The notes: a model not told the origin generated them from the letters alone. A stretch of DNA of 64,000 nucleotides from Chiloscyllium plagiosum (GCF_004010195.1 NC_057729.1:7669951-7733950), one strand, 5' to 3'; positions 27,190 to 39,964 are shown, counted from the stretch's first letter. A program made the numbers and translations.

Positions 27190-28080
27190 ATTCAAAGTAG
27201 GAGCAGATTCAAGCCATTCTGGCCCTTGAGCCTGTGTCGCCATTCAATGAGGGTAATCCGATTCCAACCATAACTCCACTTTCCTGTTTGCCAACCCAAT
27301 AAACCCTTAATTGCCTTGTCAATCAAAAGCCCGTCTTGTTACCCAGGCTCTGTTGTGCTCTCTCTCTCTCTATCTCTCTCTCTCTAGAAAATAATTCCAG
27401 CAACCTTTTCTTCTCATTCTGTCTAAAGGCGACTTCTTATCTTTCAACTATATTTTCTAGTTTGCAGGAAAAATGTTCCCAGCACTAACCCTGTCAAAAC
27501 CCATCAGAATATACAAGATCATCTCTCATTTTATTTAAACTCCAGTGGATAGAAACCTAACCTGCTCAACTTTTCCTCGTAAGACAATCCTTAGCCATTT
27601 ACAACAACATGTCCCTATTTTTACATTCCATTTCCCTTGCTGTAGACACCAACATTACATTTGCTGTCTTAGTGGGCGGCACAGTGGCACAGTGGTTAGC
27701 ATTGCTGCCTCACAGCGCCAGAGACCCGGGTTCAATTCCCGCCTCAGGCGACTGACTGTGTGGAGTTTGCCCGTTCTCCCCGTGTCTGCGTGGGTTTCCT
27801 CCGGGTGCTCCGGTTTCCTCCCACAGTCACAAAGATGTGCAGGTCAGGTGAATTGGCCATGCTAAATTTCCCGTCATGTTAGGTAAGGGGTAAATGTAGG
27901 GGTATGGGTGGGTGGTGGGTCGGTGTGGACTTGTTGGGCCGAAGGGCCTGTTTCCACACTGTAATGTAATCTAATCTAATCACTTGCTAAATCTGTACAC
28001 CAGCATTTTAGGATGCAGTTAGCAGGATTCTCAGATTCTGCAGTCTCTCTCCATTGAAATCATAATCTGCTTTCCTGATA
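27190..28080 (-). mobile_element. Decayed CR1 3' region interrupted by HE1
   Basis: Tail 'agtaggagcagattcaagccatt'; RT motif 'ctcaacttttcctcgtaagaca'. Confidence 0.6.
27674..27980 (+). mobile_element. Full-length young HE1 V-SINE
   Basis: Pol III A box TGGCACAGTGG (27685-27695), B box GGTTCAATTCC (27729-27739), V-domain, (CTAAT)n tail. Confidence 0.95.
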
Positions 28081-28869
28081 CTTTCTTACCTAAGGAGTCC
28101 CATCTCCCTGCTCTTTCTCCATAGCCTTGCAAATCCCTGCCCTTCAAGTTTATCTCCAAATTGTTTTTGCAAGTTTTTGTTTAATCTGGTTCCATTCTGC
28201 CCTTTCCATTTCATATCATTAAGATTTGTTTCATAAATTAGTCCTTCGTCAAGTCACGACTGGTTCTTGTGCTCAAAGGAGTGTGCTCTGTTGTTCATAT
28301 TTTTGCCAGAAAAACCAGCTGTATTTCTTGTGTTGTTGACAAATAACACAAATTAACTGGCACTGATTCAGATTACTTGAAAATCTTCTCCAAGTTTATT
28401 TCTCAGCTCAAACTACAAATTGCAGGTCACCTTTTATTTAAATTAATGGGCTAGCAATTATTTCTCGTCCCAAATTATCCTGGAGAGTGTGGTGATGATC
28501 TCCCTCTTGAACCACTGCAGTTTATTGGAGCAGGTTGATCCACAGCAGTGCTGGGAGGTCATTCCTGAATGACAGATAGCCCAGTTATTGATCTAGGGTG
28601 GAAATTTGAGTCTCTGTTTAGAAAAATGGGAAGGACGTCCACTTGGAGATGGGCAGATGTTTTCGCATGTTTCCATTCTTTCAAACTCCTGTCACATGCC
28701 ATTTGTGAAATTCCAAATTTGAATGTTAGGTGCACAGGAAGTTCTTTTTCAGTGGGAACGTCTCATTTCCATCTTGCGGGTGTCATCTACAAAAGGCACC
28801 CAGACAGTAATTATTTCCCTGCAACCCAGGACCATTGACCAACCTTTGCTTATCACCTCAACCCACCCT

Positions 28870-29091
28870 CAATATGTCACAAAAGTGGCAGTGTCACAGT
28901 TCAGTGAATCCTCCACAGGGGTGCTGCTGGAGAGAGTTGGTGAATAAAGAGACATTCTTCATCCAAGGGAAGAGGAAGCTATGTGAACCCACCAAGGTAG
29001 CTTGGATAGAGTTTATTGTAATTGTTAGTGGCCGTGAGTGAAAATATTGCCACAGGGAAGGAACAATCTCCTTTGATCTGCTAGGGTAAGT
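28870..29091 (+). pseudogene. Decayed Myb/SANT-like (trihelix) exon of a PIF/Harbinger transposon
   Basis: Reads QFSESSTGVLLERVGE*RDILHP / KVAWIEFIVIVSG / NNLL*SAR, followed by donor gtaagt at 29086. Confidence 0.65.
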
Positions 29092-29983
29092 GCCACTGTC
29101 TACTTAATCCCTCATACCCTAAAGGTCATGAGCTGGCATTGTAAGGTTTCCATTGCACAGGACAGTCACATACAACATTGCCTGCCAATCATCTCCATCA
29201 CAAGCCTGATATGCAATTGATGTCTGTCACTTAATTTCACATACCCACTTTCTACCATTTGTATTACAATGCTGTTACCTCTCACCTGCCTGCCAGGGGT
29301 CACACTTAAAAAGGAAAAAGATGCATCATCAGCTCACAGATCTGTCATCAGAAGCAGAGGAACCCACATGTCACTGAGTTTCTCACTGAAGGCTTATAAT
29401 AGGACAGGGACAGCACCACAGAAGCTGGCTTCAGGATAAACACCTCATGGGCATATCAGACACACACACACACAAATTGTTTACCACCACCTCCAGCTCT
29501 TTCACAACTTAACCACCTTTCACTCCGAATGAAGGTCATTAAAATTGCTCGATAGAGCAGATTCATAGAAAATGTTTTTGCTTGTGAGGGAATTCAAATT
29601 TCGGGTCATAAATAGAATACAATCAATATTAAATTCAGAAAAGAATTTAAAATAAATGGCCTTACCCAGAAAGTAGTTAACCCAACAGAACTCATCACCA
29701 AGTAGAATAGTCGAGGCAAAGTTAAAGACACAATAAAGAGGAATAAAGGTATAAATTATGTTGATAGGTCCTAAATTAAATATGTGGCTGGTTAGATCAG
29801 CTGGCTTATACTTCAGAATGACAGCACTTGTCCAGGGCTCAATCCCTATTACCCACCAGCAAAATCACAGCAAAAGCCATGTATTACCAGTCCCCAAAAA
29901 ACTGGAAATGCTGCCTGGAAAACAAGAAGGGGCGGGGGGAGGCCAAAGCATTATCACTGGCACAAAAAAGTTCAGTCAAATTC

Positions 29984-30265
29984 AAAAACAAAAACAGAAA
30001 TTGCTGGAAAATCTCAACAGTTCTTGCAGCATCTGTGGAGATAAATCAGAATTAATGTTTCATGTCCGGCGACCCTTCCTCAGTATTGGACCTGAAATGT
30101 TAACTCTGTTTCTCTCCATAGATGCTGCTAGACCTGTTGAGCTCTCCGAGGTAAAAACAATGACTGCAGATGCTGGAAATCAGATTCTGGATTAGTGGTG
30201 CTGGAAGAGCACAGCAACTTCAGTTTTTGTTTCTGATTTACAGCATCTACAGTTCCTTTGGTTTT
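29984..30265. mobile_element. Fold-back PLE terminal fragments (family D) with a nested PLE piece
   Basis: Arms 'aacagaaattgctgga..cagcatctgtggaga' and 'tctccatagatgctg..cagcaacttcagttttt'; minus-strand CTGAGGA..GAAA motif at 30051-30083. Confidence 0.7.
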
Positions 30266-31724
30266 TAGTTAAGTCAAATTCTAAGCTGCAAATACTATGT
30301 GAGCCTGTGTAACCTACAGGTGATACCTAATTGGCAAATTGCGAAATACTTATGAGGATGACCATTCAAGAAGATGTTAATACATTGGGAAGAATTCAGA
30401 GAAGAGCAGAAAGTACATTAATGATACCAGAAGGCTTAGGTGATGAAGACTGATGTCTAGTGCTGAATAACATTTCAATGCAGAAAGATAAAGAAGGAAC
30501 ATAATTCATAGTTTTGAAGCAAGGAATGCATTAGAAAATATTAAAATGAATAGAATAACCACATGTACTATTTTTAGGTAATACATTCACATTAAGTTCC
30601 TGTGCGCACTATTTCACTGAGGTTGACTTTCCCTTTACGTGAAATTGGTTATTGATCTAATCAAAATTGCACATAGTTTGATGTTAGTGGATTCATAAAC
30701 TCTGAGAAGAAAGTGCAGAGGAATGTTGAGAAGAAAGCAAGTTAACTATGAGTGTGGCTGCTGAGCTGAAATGGAAAGAAGAAAATTAACAAGCTACAAG
30801 TCTGAAGAATTTCTACTGACTCAGTAGTCAGCAGGAGGATTAGCAAAAGCTGTTAATGCTGTATCGATTCTCTAATTTAAAAAATAGTAAGATAAATAGG
30901 TGCTCACGAACAGGATTGAAAGTAATAATGATAAGGATAGATGGCTCCTCTGACGACTGGTCCATGCATGTATCAGGAACATGGCTGCTAATGGTTGTAC
31001 AGAATGAATCATTGCTGTATCAAAATCCTGGAAGCTTTCTTTTGACCCTGCAGGTGTGGGAGAAAAATGATAAGGTGAATTTATTGGCCTTAGGATCTAT
31101 CTGTTATTGGTTGTGTCCCTCAGCAATCGATTGGATTGATCAATTATCATCTGAATTATACAAGGATACTGAAACCTTATGATGCTGGAGCTTCTCCATG
31201 GTAAATGGTGTTTATTGTGGAAAAATGTGAGGTAGTTCTCTTTGGAAAAAGTAACAGACATGCAAAGGACTGGGCTAATGGTTAAATTTTTGGCAGAGTA
31301 GATGAACAGAGAGATTAGATTTTTAGATTAGATTCCCTACAGTGTGGAAACAGGCCCAACAAGTCCCCAGTGCCCAGGTACATAAATCCCTGAAAGTTGC
31401 CATTCAGGTTCATAGGGTTGTTAAGAAAGCGTATGGTGTGTTGGTGTTTATTGGTAGGGGGATTGAGTTTCGGAGCCACAAGGTCATGCTTCAGCTGTAC
31501 AAGGCACTGGTAAGGCCGCACCTGGAGTATTGCGTGCAGTTCTAGTCACTGCATGTGGAAGAATGTGGAATCTTTGGAAAAGATTTAGAAAAGATTTACT
31601 AGAATGTTTCCTGGTATGGAAGGAAGGTCTTACGAGGAAAAGCTAAGGAAACTGAAGCTGTTTTCACTGGGGAGAAGAAGGTTGAGAGGTGACTTAATCG
31701 AGATGTATAAGATTTTCAGAGGGT

Positions 31725-31851
31725 CCTGAAGAAGGGCTTATGCCCGAAACGTTGATTCTCCTGCTCCTTGGATGCTGCCTGACCTGCTGCGTTTTTCCAG
31801 CAACACATTTTTCAGCTCTGATCTCCAGCATCTGCAGTCCTCACTTTCTCC
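31725..31851 (+). mobile_element. Short PLE family A insertion starting at the hammerhead core
   Basis: 12-bp TSD ttttcagagggt (31713-31724 / 31852-31863); begins cCTGAAGAagggcttatgcccGAAA. Confidence 0.9.
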
Positions 31852-31943
31852 TTTTCAGAGGGTTAGACAGCACAAGCCTTTTTTCTCGGATGGTGAAAGC
31901 TAACATGAGGGGATATAGCTTTAAATTGAGGGGTGATAGATTT

Positions 31944-32284
31944 CGGAGAAAATGAGGACTGCAGATGCTGGAGATCAGAGCTGAAAATGTGTTGCTGGAA
32001 AGGCGCAGCAGGTCAGGCAGCATCCAAGGAGCAGGAGAATCGGCCTTTCGGGAATGAGCCCTTCTTCAGGAATGAGGAAAGTGTGCCAAGCAAGCTAAGA
32101 TAAAAGGTAGTGAGGAGGGACTTGGGGGAGGGGCATTGGAAATGCGAAAGATGGAAGGAGGTTAAGGTGAGGGTGATAGGCCAGGGTGAAGGACCTGCAT
32201 GTCCTTGATGGAGTGGGAGGGGGAGTTGAAGTGTTGAGCCATGGTTGGTCCGGCTGTCCCAGAGGTGTTCTCTGAAACGTTCTC
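31944..32284 (-). mobile_element. PLE family A insertion (GIY-YIG remnant plus terminus)
   Basis: 10-bp TSD tgatagattt (31934-31943 / 32285-32294); reads ERFREHLWD. Confidence 0.9.
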
Positions 32285-34099
32285 TGATAGATTTAGGACA
32301 GCTATCAGGGGAGTTTCTTTTCTCAGATAATAGTAGGGGCATGGAACATCCTTCCTGCAATAGGAATAGACTCACTGATGTTAAGGGCATTTAAATGGGC
32401 AGTGGACATACATATGGATAATAATGGAATAGTGTAGGTTAGATGGGCATCAGATTAATTTTGCAGGTCGGCGCACATTGAGTGCCGCAGAGCCTTTAAT
32501 GCGCTGTAACGTTCTATGTTCTCTGTTCTCCTTTCCTCCATCTGTCATCCTTAAAAGAAATTAATTCAGGCGAATCCTAATCCAGTTCAAAATAAAGACA
32601 ATATGATGACATTTCTCGTTCTCAGGTACAGAAGAAAATTGTTGATGTGTTTTTCTACAATTTCATGCAATGGTGTGAAAATGGGAAGTTGGCTTCCCCT
32701 ATCTGAATTTCACAAACAAGAGAGTAGGATGGAATGGTTACAAAATTGTACAAAGTTGCTCTAGAAATTAGTTAGAGCACAGACGTATTATGGGGTTAAA
32801 TCAAAGGAACATAGTCAAAGCAATAGCAAGTATGTGAGACTCAGATCGTGTATAAACATGATATGCAGTATGTCCACCAATGTGTCATTACCAAGAATCT
32901 TTGACAAAGTCTGACTTCAGAGATTTTCAGAAGGTTTTTGAATGATATTCATGTGTCACAAATTGGTGCAGATGGGACATAGCCCATTCCTAGGATGATT
33001 GTGGTGCGGTGGTAGTGTCCCTGTGTCTGAGCTTGGAGACCCAGTTTCAAGTCCCACTTGCACCAGAAGTGTGTGCCATCATCTTTGAATGTATTGATAA
33101 GGAAAGATAAAATGTAACTTATTTCCAAATCCAAAAGCTGGTAACCAGTCATCCCCATGATCTGAGCAATCCAACCGGGGAAGCGAAGAATAAATTTTCA
33201 AGCAAATATAGAACTAAAGATATTTCAACCATTACATCACTTCAGTATTGCCAACCAGATTCTGTGTTCTCACATCAAACATTTCTGTTTGTGGGATCTA
33301 GATACTCAATAACTTGGAAGACAACCTTTCCACAGCAAATTCTTTGTTTTGAATGCACAGACACCTTATCAATGGGTCAGGTTCAAACAGCATCTTGCAA
33401 TATGTTACAGTTTTTAAAGTTTTCTTGTATCCTCCAACTGGTATGATGCTCAAAATATGAGCTGATAAACATCAATGTGGCATCTAAGACCTTAGTCAGC
33501 AATACAATGAATAATAACTCAATTCCCATTGAGATTTCATGATCGAGACAAAAACAAAAGAACGAGGAAGATTGAGAGTTAATTTAGGTTCAGAAAGAGA
33601 ACTAAGGACAGAGTGGAAGAAAAGATATAGAACAAACAGAAGACTTCAGTTGGAAACAGTGATGAAAATAGCAAATAGAATTTTTAAAAAATATATGAAG
33701 GATACAACAAAAGAATTTCCACTTAATATTTTCCTGATTATGTTAAAAACATTAGGGAACAGATTTTTTTTACAGATCAACTTTAATGCTGTCTTTATAT
33801 ATGGAAGATGAGGAAAATGTACAATAACTTACATCTCAGGAGTGTTCAATTTTGATTTTTACAAATGTGATATCAACTATAAATGCTTGAAACGGACATT
33901 TGCAAGAAATGCTGCCAAATGCTTTATGTCACGAAAGTGTGATTCCTCAATTAACCAAGCATTTAAAAGCTTGCTGACAATGTTCCTCTCTCCTTCACTG
34001 AGTCTTAGGATCTAACTGGTTCACAGTGATAGAGGATCAACCACTATTGAGCCATAACAAGGTGTAATTTAATACATGATACCAATAAGTTGCAATGCA

Positions 34100-34545
34100 G
34101 CACTTGTGCTCAGTGGTGGTGTCTCTACTCTGAGCCAGAAGGCTCAAGTCCCACCTGTTCTAAAGATATGTTATAACATTCCTGAACAAGTTGATTAGAA
34201 AATACCTAGAGACAAGTCAAACAGGGTTCTTGTGGCTCTGTAGTAGTGTCCATGCTTTGCAAATAAGCCTGGGCTGAAGTCCCATCTGTTCCAGGTTTTT
34301 ATAATTCTTTGATTCCACTCTGTCCTTTCATTCTCTTTCTGTACTTAAATTAACTTTAATCAACCTTCCTCATTCTGTTGACTCAATCATGAAATCACAA
34401 TGGGAATGGAGTCATTCTTCATCATATTGCCTACTAAGGTCTTATATATCACATTGATATTGTCATTCTGTTTATCAGCTCATACTTTGAGCATTATCCA
34501 GATTTGTAATAATATCTCTGAACAGTTTGATTGGAAAGTATCTAT
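34100..34545 (+). mobile_element. Tandem short tRNA-derived SINE units (related copy at about 32995-33110)
   Basis: Repeated 'gtggtgtc..ctgagcc...aagtccca.ctgttc..ataa.a..tgaaca..ttgatt.gaaa' modules. Confidence 0.5.
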
Positions 34546-35319
34546 GTTACAGGAGCTAGTTAGACATAGGTCATCAACTATTGGAAGATTAGTGGTCATA
34601 GATCTTCACTCTAGAAGCTCCTCAGATTTTCTGCCTCATCATCAGATTGTGAGACATTATGCAGTCACCACAACAAGTCCTTTTCTGAAATGTTACCTCA
34701 CAAAACAATAAACAGTGTTCTCCCCAGAGGTTTAGTTGTAAACTCCACCAAAGGTTTGGCATGATTTTATTCATTTGATGCCATAATCATTATTTTCTGC
34801 TGTGCCAATTCTTTTCCCAACAAGAAATGACAGACCATTCATCAAGCTTTGATTTTTTTAAAAAATTCAGTTTGAAAAAATACTTCCAATACTTGTTTAC
34901 ACAGTTTTTGCCTTTGACTTGTTATCAGCACTGGCCATTTGTTTTCCCACAATATTAAAAGGGATTTAAGTCTTTCAAAGTCTTTGATCAGAATCACCAA
35001 CCTGATTAAGCTGATTAATCTAACACTGTTGTGCACACAATAAATAAGTTGTTACCATAACTGAACGCTAGTTTTTAGATTTATTAGTCACACATTCCTT
35101 TATTAGTCAGGGACACTGTCAGTCTCTCCTAATTGAATTTTACTACTGTTAAGTGCTTTTTGTGATGTTCCTGGTTCAGTTTATTAACTGAAGCTGTTAC
35201 ACATTAAACTTTTCGCTTTCAATTTGACTCTTTTGGCAAATGTTGTATGGCAAAAATAATGTAGCAAAGCAATTTGTGAAATGTATCCTTGTCTATACTT
35301 ATAATCTTCTCAATAGGAT

Positions 35320-36420
35320 ATGGGTATCATTGGTGGCGCCAGCACTTGTTATCCATCCCAAATTGCTGTTGAACTGAGAGATTTGATAGGCCAGGTCAGA
35401 GAGCAGATGACAGTCAACCATATTGAACAAACAACAAAGAAAATTACAGCATAGGAACAGGCCCTTCGACCCTCTGGGCCGATCCAGATCCTCTATCTAA
35501 ACTGGCTGCCTATTTTCTAAGAATCTGTATCCCTCTGTTCTCTGCCCATTCATGTATCTGTCGAGATACATCTTAAATGATGCTATCATTCCCGTCCCCT
35601 ACCATCTCCGCTGGCAACGCGTTCCATACACCTACCACCTAGTGTGTGAAGAATTTCCCATGCCTTTCTCCCCTAAATTTTTCCTCTCTCACTTTGAACT
35701 TGTAACCCGTAGTAATTGAGTCCTCTACTCTGGGAAAAAGTTAGTTGCTATCCACCCTGTCTACACCTCTCATGATTTTATAGGTCTCCATCAGGTTCCC
35801 CCCTCAACCTCCTTCTTTCTAATGAAAATAATCCTAATCTACTCAATCTCTCCTCATTGCTACCACCCTCCATACCAGGCAACATCCTTGTGAACCTCCT
35901 CTGCATCCTCTCCAAAGCACCTACATTCTTTTGGTAATGTGGCAGTATTTCAAACATGGCTGAACCAAAGTCTGATAAAACTGTAACATGACCTGCCAAC
36001 TCTTGTATTCAATACCTCGTCCAATGACGGAAAGTATGCCAAATGTCTTCTTGACCACTCTACTGACCTGCGTTGCCACCTTCAGGGACCAATAGACCTG
36101 AACACCCAGATCTCTCTGTACGTCAATTTTCCCCAGGACTTTTCCATTTACTGTATAGTTCACTCTTGAATTGGATCCTCCATGCTGTGGGTCTGGCCAG
36201 CTTGGGTAAGTACATCAGAACTCTAAAAGACCTTAGAGAAGCAGATGGGTTTTGATGAAAATTCATGATGGTTGATTGACACGGTTATCATCACTAAAAT
36301 ATACTTTATATTGCAGAACTCTAACTACTGTGGGAGGATTTGAACCAGTTCCCACACTATTTGCCTGGGCCCCTGGATTACTAATCCAATGACATTAGCA
36401 TTACATCACTATCTTCCTCT
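35320..36420 (-). mobile_element. tRNA-derived SINE split by a CR1 insertion
   Basis: Head at 36330-36415 resembles 3640-3730; tail 'caatttgggatggataacaagtgctggc' near 35350. Confidence 0.6.
35424..36180 (-). mobile_element. CR1/HER1 LINE 3' end
   Basis: ORF 35921..36163 (YTVNGKVLGKIDVQRDLGV) and ORF 35778..35999 (ALERMQRRFTRMLPG). Confidence 0.93.
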
Positions 36421-36439
36421 TATTAGATTTGTCATTTGA

Positions 36440-37110
36440 AATTCAGGAATTCCCAAAGCTTTATGCCCAACAAAGTGCATTTGAAGTGCAGGGGCAGTTG
36501 TAAAATTGAAAAGGCCTCACAAACATCAAGTGCAGGAAAAAAAAGCAGAAATAGAAGGTTTGGCCCTTTGTACTGGCTTCTTCATTCAGCAAAACCATGT
36601 CTGATCATCTTCCTCAAATCCACTCTCTCCCACTAACCTGTATTCCTTTATGTTTTTGGTTCTCAAAAATTCTCTTGATGCCTGGCTCAAATATATTCAG
36701 CATCTGAGTAACTAAAGCTCTCAGAGAATGAGCATTCAAAAGATTCACATCCTTTTGAATGAAAAAAATTCACCTCATCTCAGTCCCAGTTGGTAGCACT
36801 TTATTCCGAGACTTGGACTTCAAGTTTTAGACCCTCCAGCCTTGGAAATATCTTCCCAGCATTGATGTGTCAATTTCTCTAATATTCAAATAATCTGATT
36901 TTTTTGATAATGAAGGACAAACAGGGAGCAAGATACCAAAGTGACCTCCTTTTTCCCTCTCATCTAAAAGGCCATCCCTCTGAAAGTGCAGCAACTCATT
37001 ATCACTCCAGAACATAAATCTAGATTTCATGCTTAATTTTTTGTAGCAGCATGTAAATTCTTAACTTTTTGACTCGAAAGGAAAACGTGCTACTACTCGG
37101 CTCGGGTTAC
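36440..37110 (-). mobile_element. SacSINE1-like remnant interrupted by a CR1 3' fragment (about 36545-36880)
   Basis: 'tcccaaagcttta' tail, head 'ccgagtagtagcacg', and a CR1 UTR in between. Confidence 0.55.
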
Positions 37111-37709
37111 ATATAATTTACCTATTAATAATATAATATAGCACTTACAATTCATAAAACCTTTCTTCAGTTTGAGAAAATGGCTGTGATCTATGGTGTA
37201 CAAAATCTCTTTAAAGCATATTTATTTCCTCGCATACTTCAGCAAACACAATCGCATTTTGTGCACGATACATTTAGTAACAATATTTCTCTTCCATTAT
37301 TGCATACCAGCTGACTCATCATGAGCTGAATCGTGGGAGGTCTGAAAGGTAGCCTGGGATTTTCTCTTTTGAAGTTAAAGTGTGGCAGCTAGCATGATGA
37401 ATGGTACTCCGTCTGCCCATGTCTGAGGTAAGGTATCTCCAGCCAGTCACACACTTCTGAGCTCAATGTAAATGCCAGCAAGATTTTTTTTTAGTAAACC
37501 ACTGAATATGGGTTTAAATTGCTTAGCCAGCATTTATTGGCCATCCCTAATCCTGTGCGAGGTACTTAATGAATCATGTCATGAATGATCTGGAAGTTCA
37601 TGAGACCTTCAGGGTTTTAGGCTCTGGCACCATGTTTAAAGGTCAACTGGCCATCACTTCATATGCTTCAAACCAGGAGCTTTCTCACAACCTGTGTTGG
37701 CTGGTCCTG

Positions 37710-38640
37710 TGACACAAAATATGTCAACAAAATAAACCTCCATTGTTTCAGAGAATGTGCTCTGTAGATGTGGCTGGACGAGTTCACAGAAAGATGAGGC
37801 ATCCTAATCCCACTAAACAGAAAGGTGAAGCCATCACCTCACAACCATCCAGCCTGGGCATCAATACCAATGAAGGTCAGTGTTAATGGACCCCCCCAAA
37901 AAAGGGATAGAAAACAGTGCTGGAAAAATGTCAAATAGCTTTCATGGACTGCAAAAATACGTGGCATCAACTTCTCCCTGCTACCTCCCTCACAGGACAA
38001 TCACTAACTCTGACACTACAACGACATCTCTAGTCATAGCCTCGGCTTCACAATTCACAACCACATTATTGTCTCAAACTACTAACCCTTCCTATCCTCC
38101 ATGCTTCCTATGCATGTTAATACACATGTGGTTAAATGTACTCACATAAAGTGCTGCTGCCCTCATTCCCATCTCGCTCAGTCCTTCCCTTTATCTAAAT
38201 GCTAGAGAAACGTGGCCCACATCAGGCCCAAGGGGTGACCTTACGTGGCAAGACGGTGGTGAACATTAATCAATCCTCATCTCCTTTGAGGAGTATGGGT
38301 GGGTTACACTTCAGTGGGTCGGTGTGGACTTATTGGGCCGAAGGGCCTGTTTCCACCCTGTAATGTAATCAGTGCTACAAGCTTCCTATGCATTCCCTGG
38401 GGGTTAATACACATGTGGTTAAATGTACTCACATAAAGTGCTGCTGCCCTCATTCCCATCTCACTCAGTCCTTCCCTTTATCTAAATGCTAGAGAAACGT
38501 GGCCCACATCAGGCCCAAGGGGTGACCTTACGTGGCAAGACGGTGGTGAACATTAATCAATCCTCATCTCCTTTGAGGAAAAAGCCATTAAAATAGCCAG
38601 AGAAGACCAGGATAATCTGTGTAGTTGACAGGACAAACCT
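37710..38640 (+). pseudogene. Decayed two-exon Myb/SANT-like gene of a PIF/Harbinger transposon
   Basis: Exon 1 reads FRECAL*MWLDEFTER*GILIP...PAWASIPMKVS...RDRKQCWKNVK*L; exon 2-like segment reads VAHIR...ILISFEEKAIKI. Confidence 0.65.
38116..38579 (+). repeat. 177-bp direct duplication flanking an HE1 SINE 3' tail (38293-38370)
   Basis: 38116-38292 matches 38403-38579; one mismatch seen. Confidence 0.95.
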
Positions 38641-39015
38641 ACAGGCCAGCAACCTGGTGAGCAACATGATGCTCTGTTCTTCCCAAAATATATTGCTCTG
38701 CATAAAATTGCCTTCATTTTCACTGACTAATTCTGCCTCTTCTCTTCCACACTCAGGAATATTCAATGAGATAAAGACCACAACATGAGCCTCTCTGCAT
38801 CAGAGCCACCTCCAAGGAGGAAGTCTATGGAACTTCAGAGCATGCATCGGCAAGACATTTACCTTCATGATCCATGAGCATGGAGATACTTACCTTCTCC
38901 ATGCCTCAGCTAGAATTGACCCAGGTGCAACTTGGTGAGCACATAACTGATAGATGTCCACAGTCAGTGAGAGAACAAACACACAAGGTCTCTAAGACTG
39001 CCAGAGACCAAGCAG

Positions 39016-39140
39016 GAGAAAGTGAGGTCTGCAGATGCTGGATATCAGAGTCAAAAATGCAGGAAAAGCACAGCTGGTCAGGCAGCATCCAAGGAGGAAG
39101 AGAGCTGACGTTTCAAGCATAAGCTCTTCATCAGGAATGT
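39016..39140 (-). mobile_element. PLE family A terminus with intact hammerhead core
   Basis: Minus strand reads attcCTGATGAagagcttatgcttGAAAcgTC. Confidence 0.85.
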
Positions 39141-39429
39141 CCCTGCTGCTCAGATGGTGTCTGACTGGCTCCACACTTTTTGACTTTTGCCAGAGACTAA
39201 GCATCATCATAGCATCCTTCTGAAGATATGCACCTGTACATGACCATAAATGTTGTGGTCAGAGACAGGTATATGAATATCAGGTAGGCATGCCACAAGA
39301 TGGTGGTAGACTGGAATGAAAGATGAAGGACATTCTCACTGAAGTAATTGTTCCAGTATGTGAGGCCTTAGCTGTCTCCACGGAAAGACTGCTGGCTGCT
39401 TTGGAAACACCAGAACCATCTCAATTTTT

Positions 39430-39640
39430 GAGTTGATTTTGATTTGATTTGATGTGATATATTGTAGTCACGTGTACCTAAGTACAATGAAAAGTTTTGT
39501 TTTTCGAGCAGTACAGACAGATCATAGCAAACAATGATATCCAGATCATAAGGTGAACATTATTTGAAGTTAGAGAGTCTATTTATTCAGTCTAATAATG
39601 GAAGGGAAGAAGCTGTCCTTGGACCTGTTGATGCGTCTTG
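39430..39640 (-). mobile_element. Rex1/Babar LINE 3' end
   Basis: Minus strand reads RRINRSKDSFFPSIIRLN, then 'cttttcattgtac..gtacacgtgac' and (AAATC)n. Confidence 0.75.
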
Positions 39641-39837
39641 CTCAGTAACTGCTGGATGTACAGTCAGACCTACACTCTATCACTCTGGACATGTGTACAC
39701 AGCTTAAATGACAAGAGTTGAGGAGGTCATGTCCTCACTGCAGGAGATAGGGTCAGCCAAGCAGGCTGGCATCTTCATCTCAGGGTATTCCAGAGGTGCC
39801 CTGCTCCTCTACCTCCTGCCTGCCTGTGACCCCAAAG

Positions 39838-39964
39838 CTTCCAGAAGAGCTTATGCTCGAAACGTCAACTCTCCTGCTCCTCAGATGCTGCCTAACCGGC
39901 TGTGCTTTTCCAGCACCAGTCTTTTTGACTTGGATCTCCAGCATCTATAGTCCTCACTTTCTCC
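39838..39964 (+). mobile_element. PLE family A terminus
   Basis: 'gaagagcttatgctcgaaacgtc...gatctccagcatctatagtcctcactttctcc'. Confidence 0.85.

Larger units (their letters stand above)
31205..32525 (+). mobile_element. CR1/HER1 LINE 3' region with three nested insertions
   Basis: ORF 31342..31545 reads VHKSLKVAIQVHRVVKKAYGVL...RPHLEYCVQF; tail gttctatgttct at 32511; HE1 tail inserted at 31313-31368. Confidence 0.92.

Noticed and set aside
27674-27745. tRNA gene
   Set aside because: The A/B boxes belong to the HE1 SINE head and continue into the V-domain; no complete cloverleaf is evident.
31034-31080. 21-nt microexon (VWEKNDK) between a good acceptor and AAG/gtgaat
   Set aside because: Too short to support from sequence alone; such matches are common by chance.
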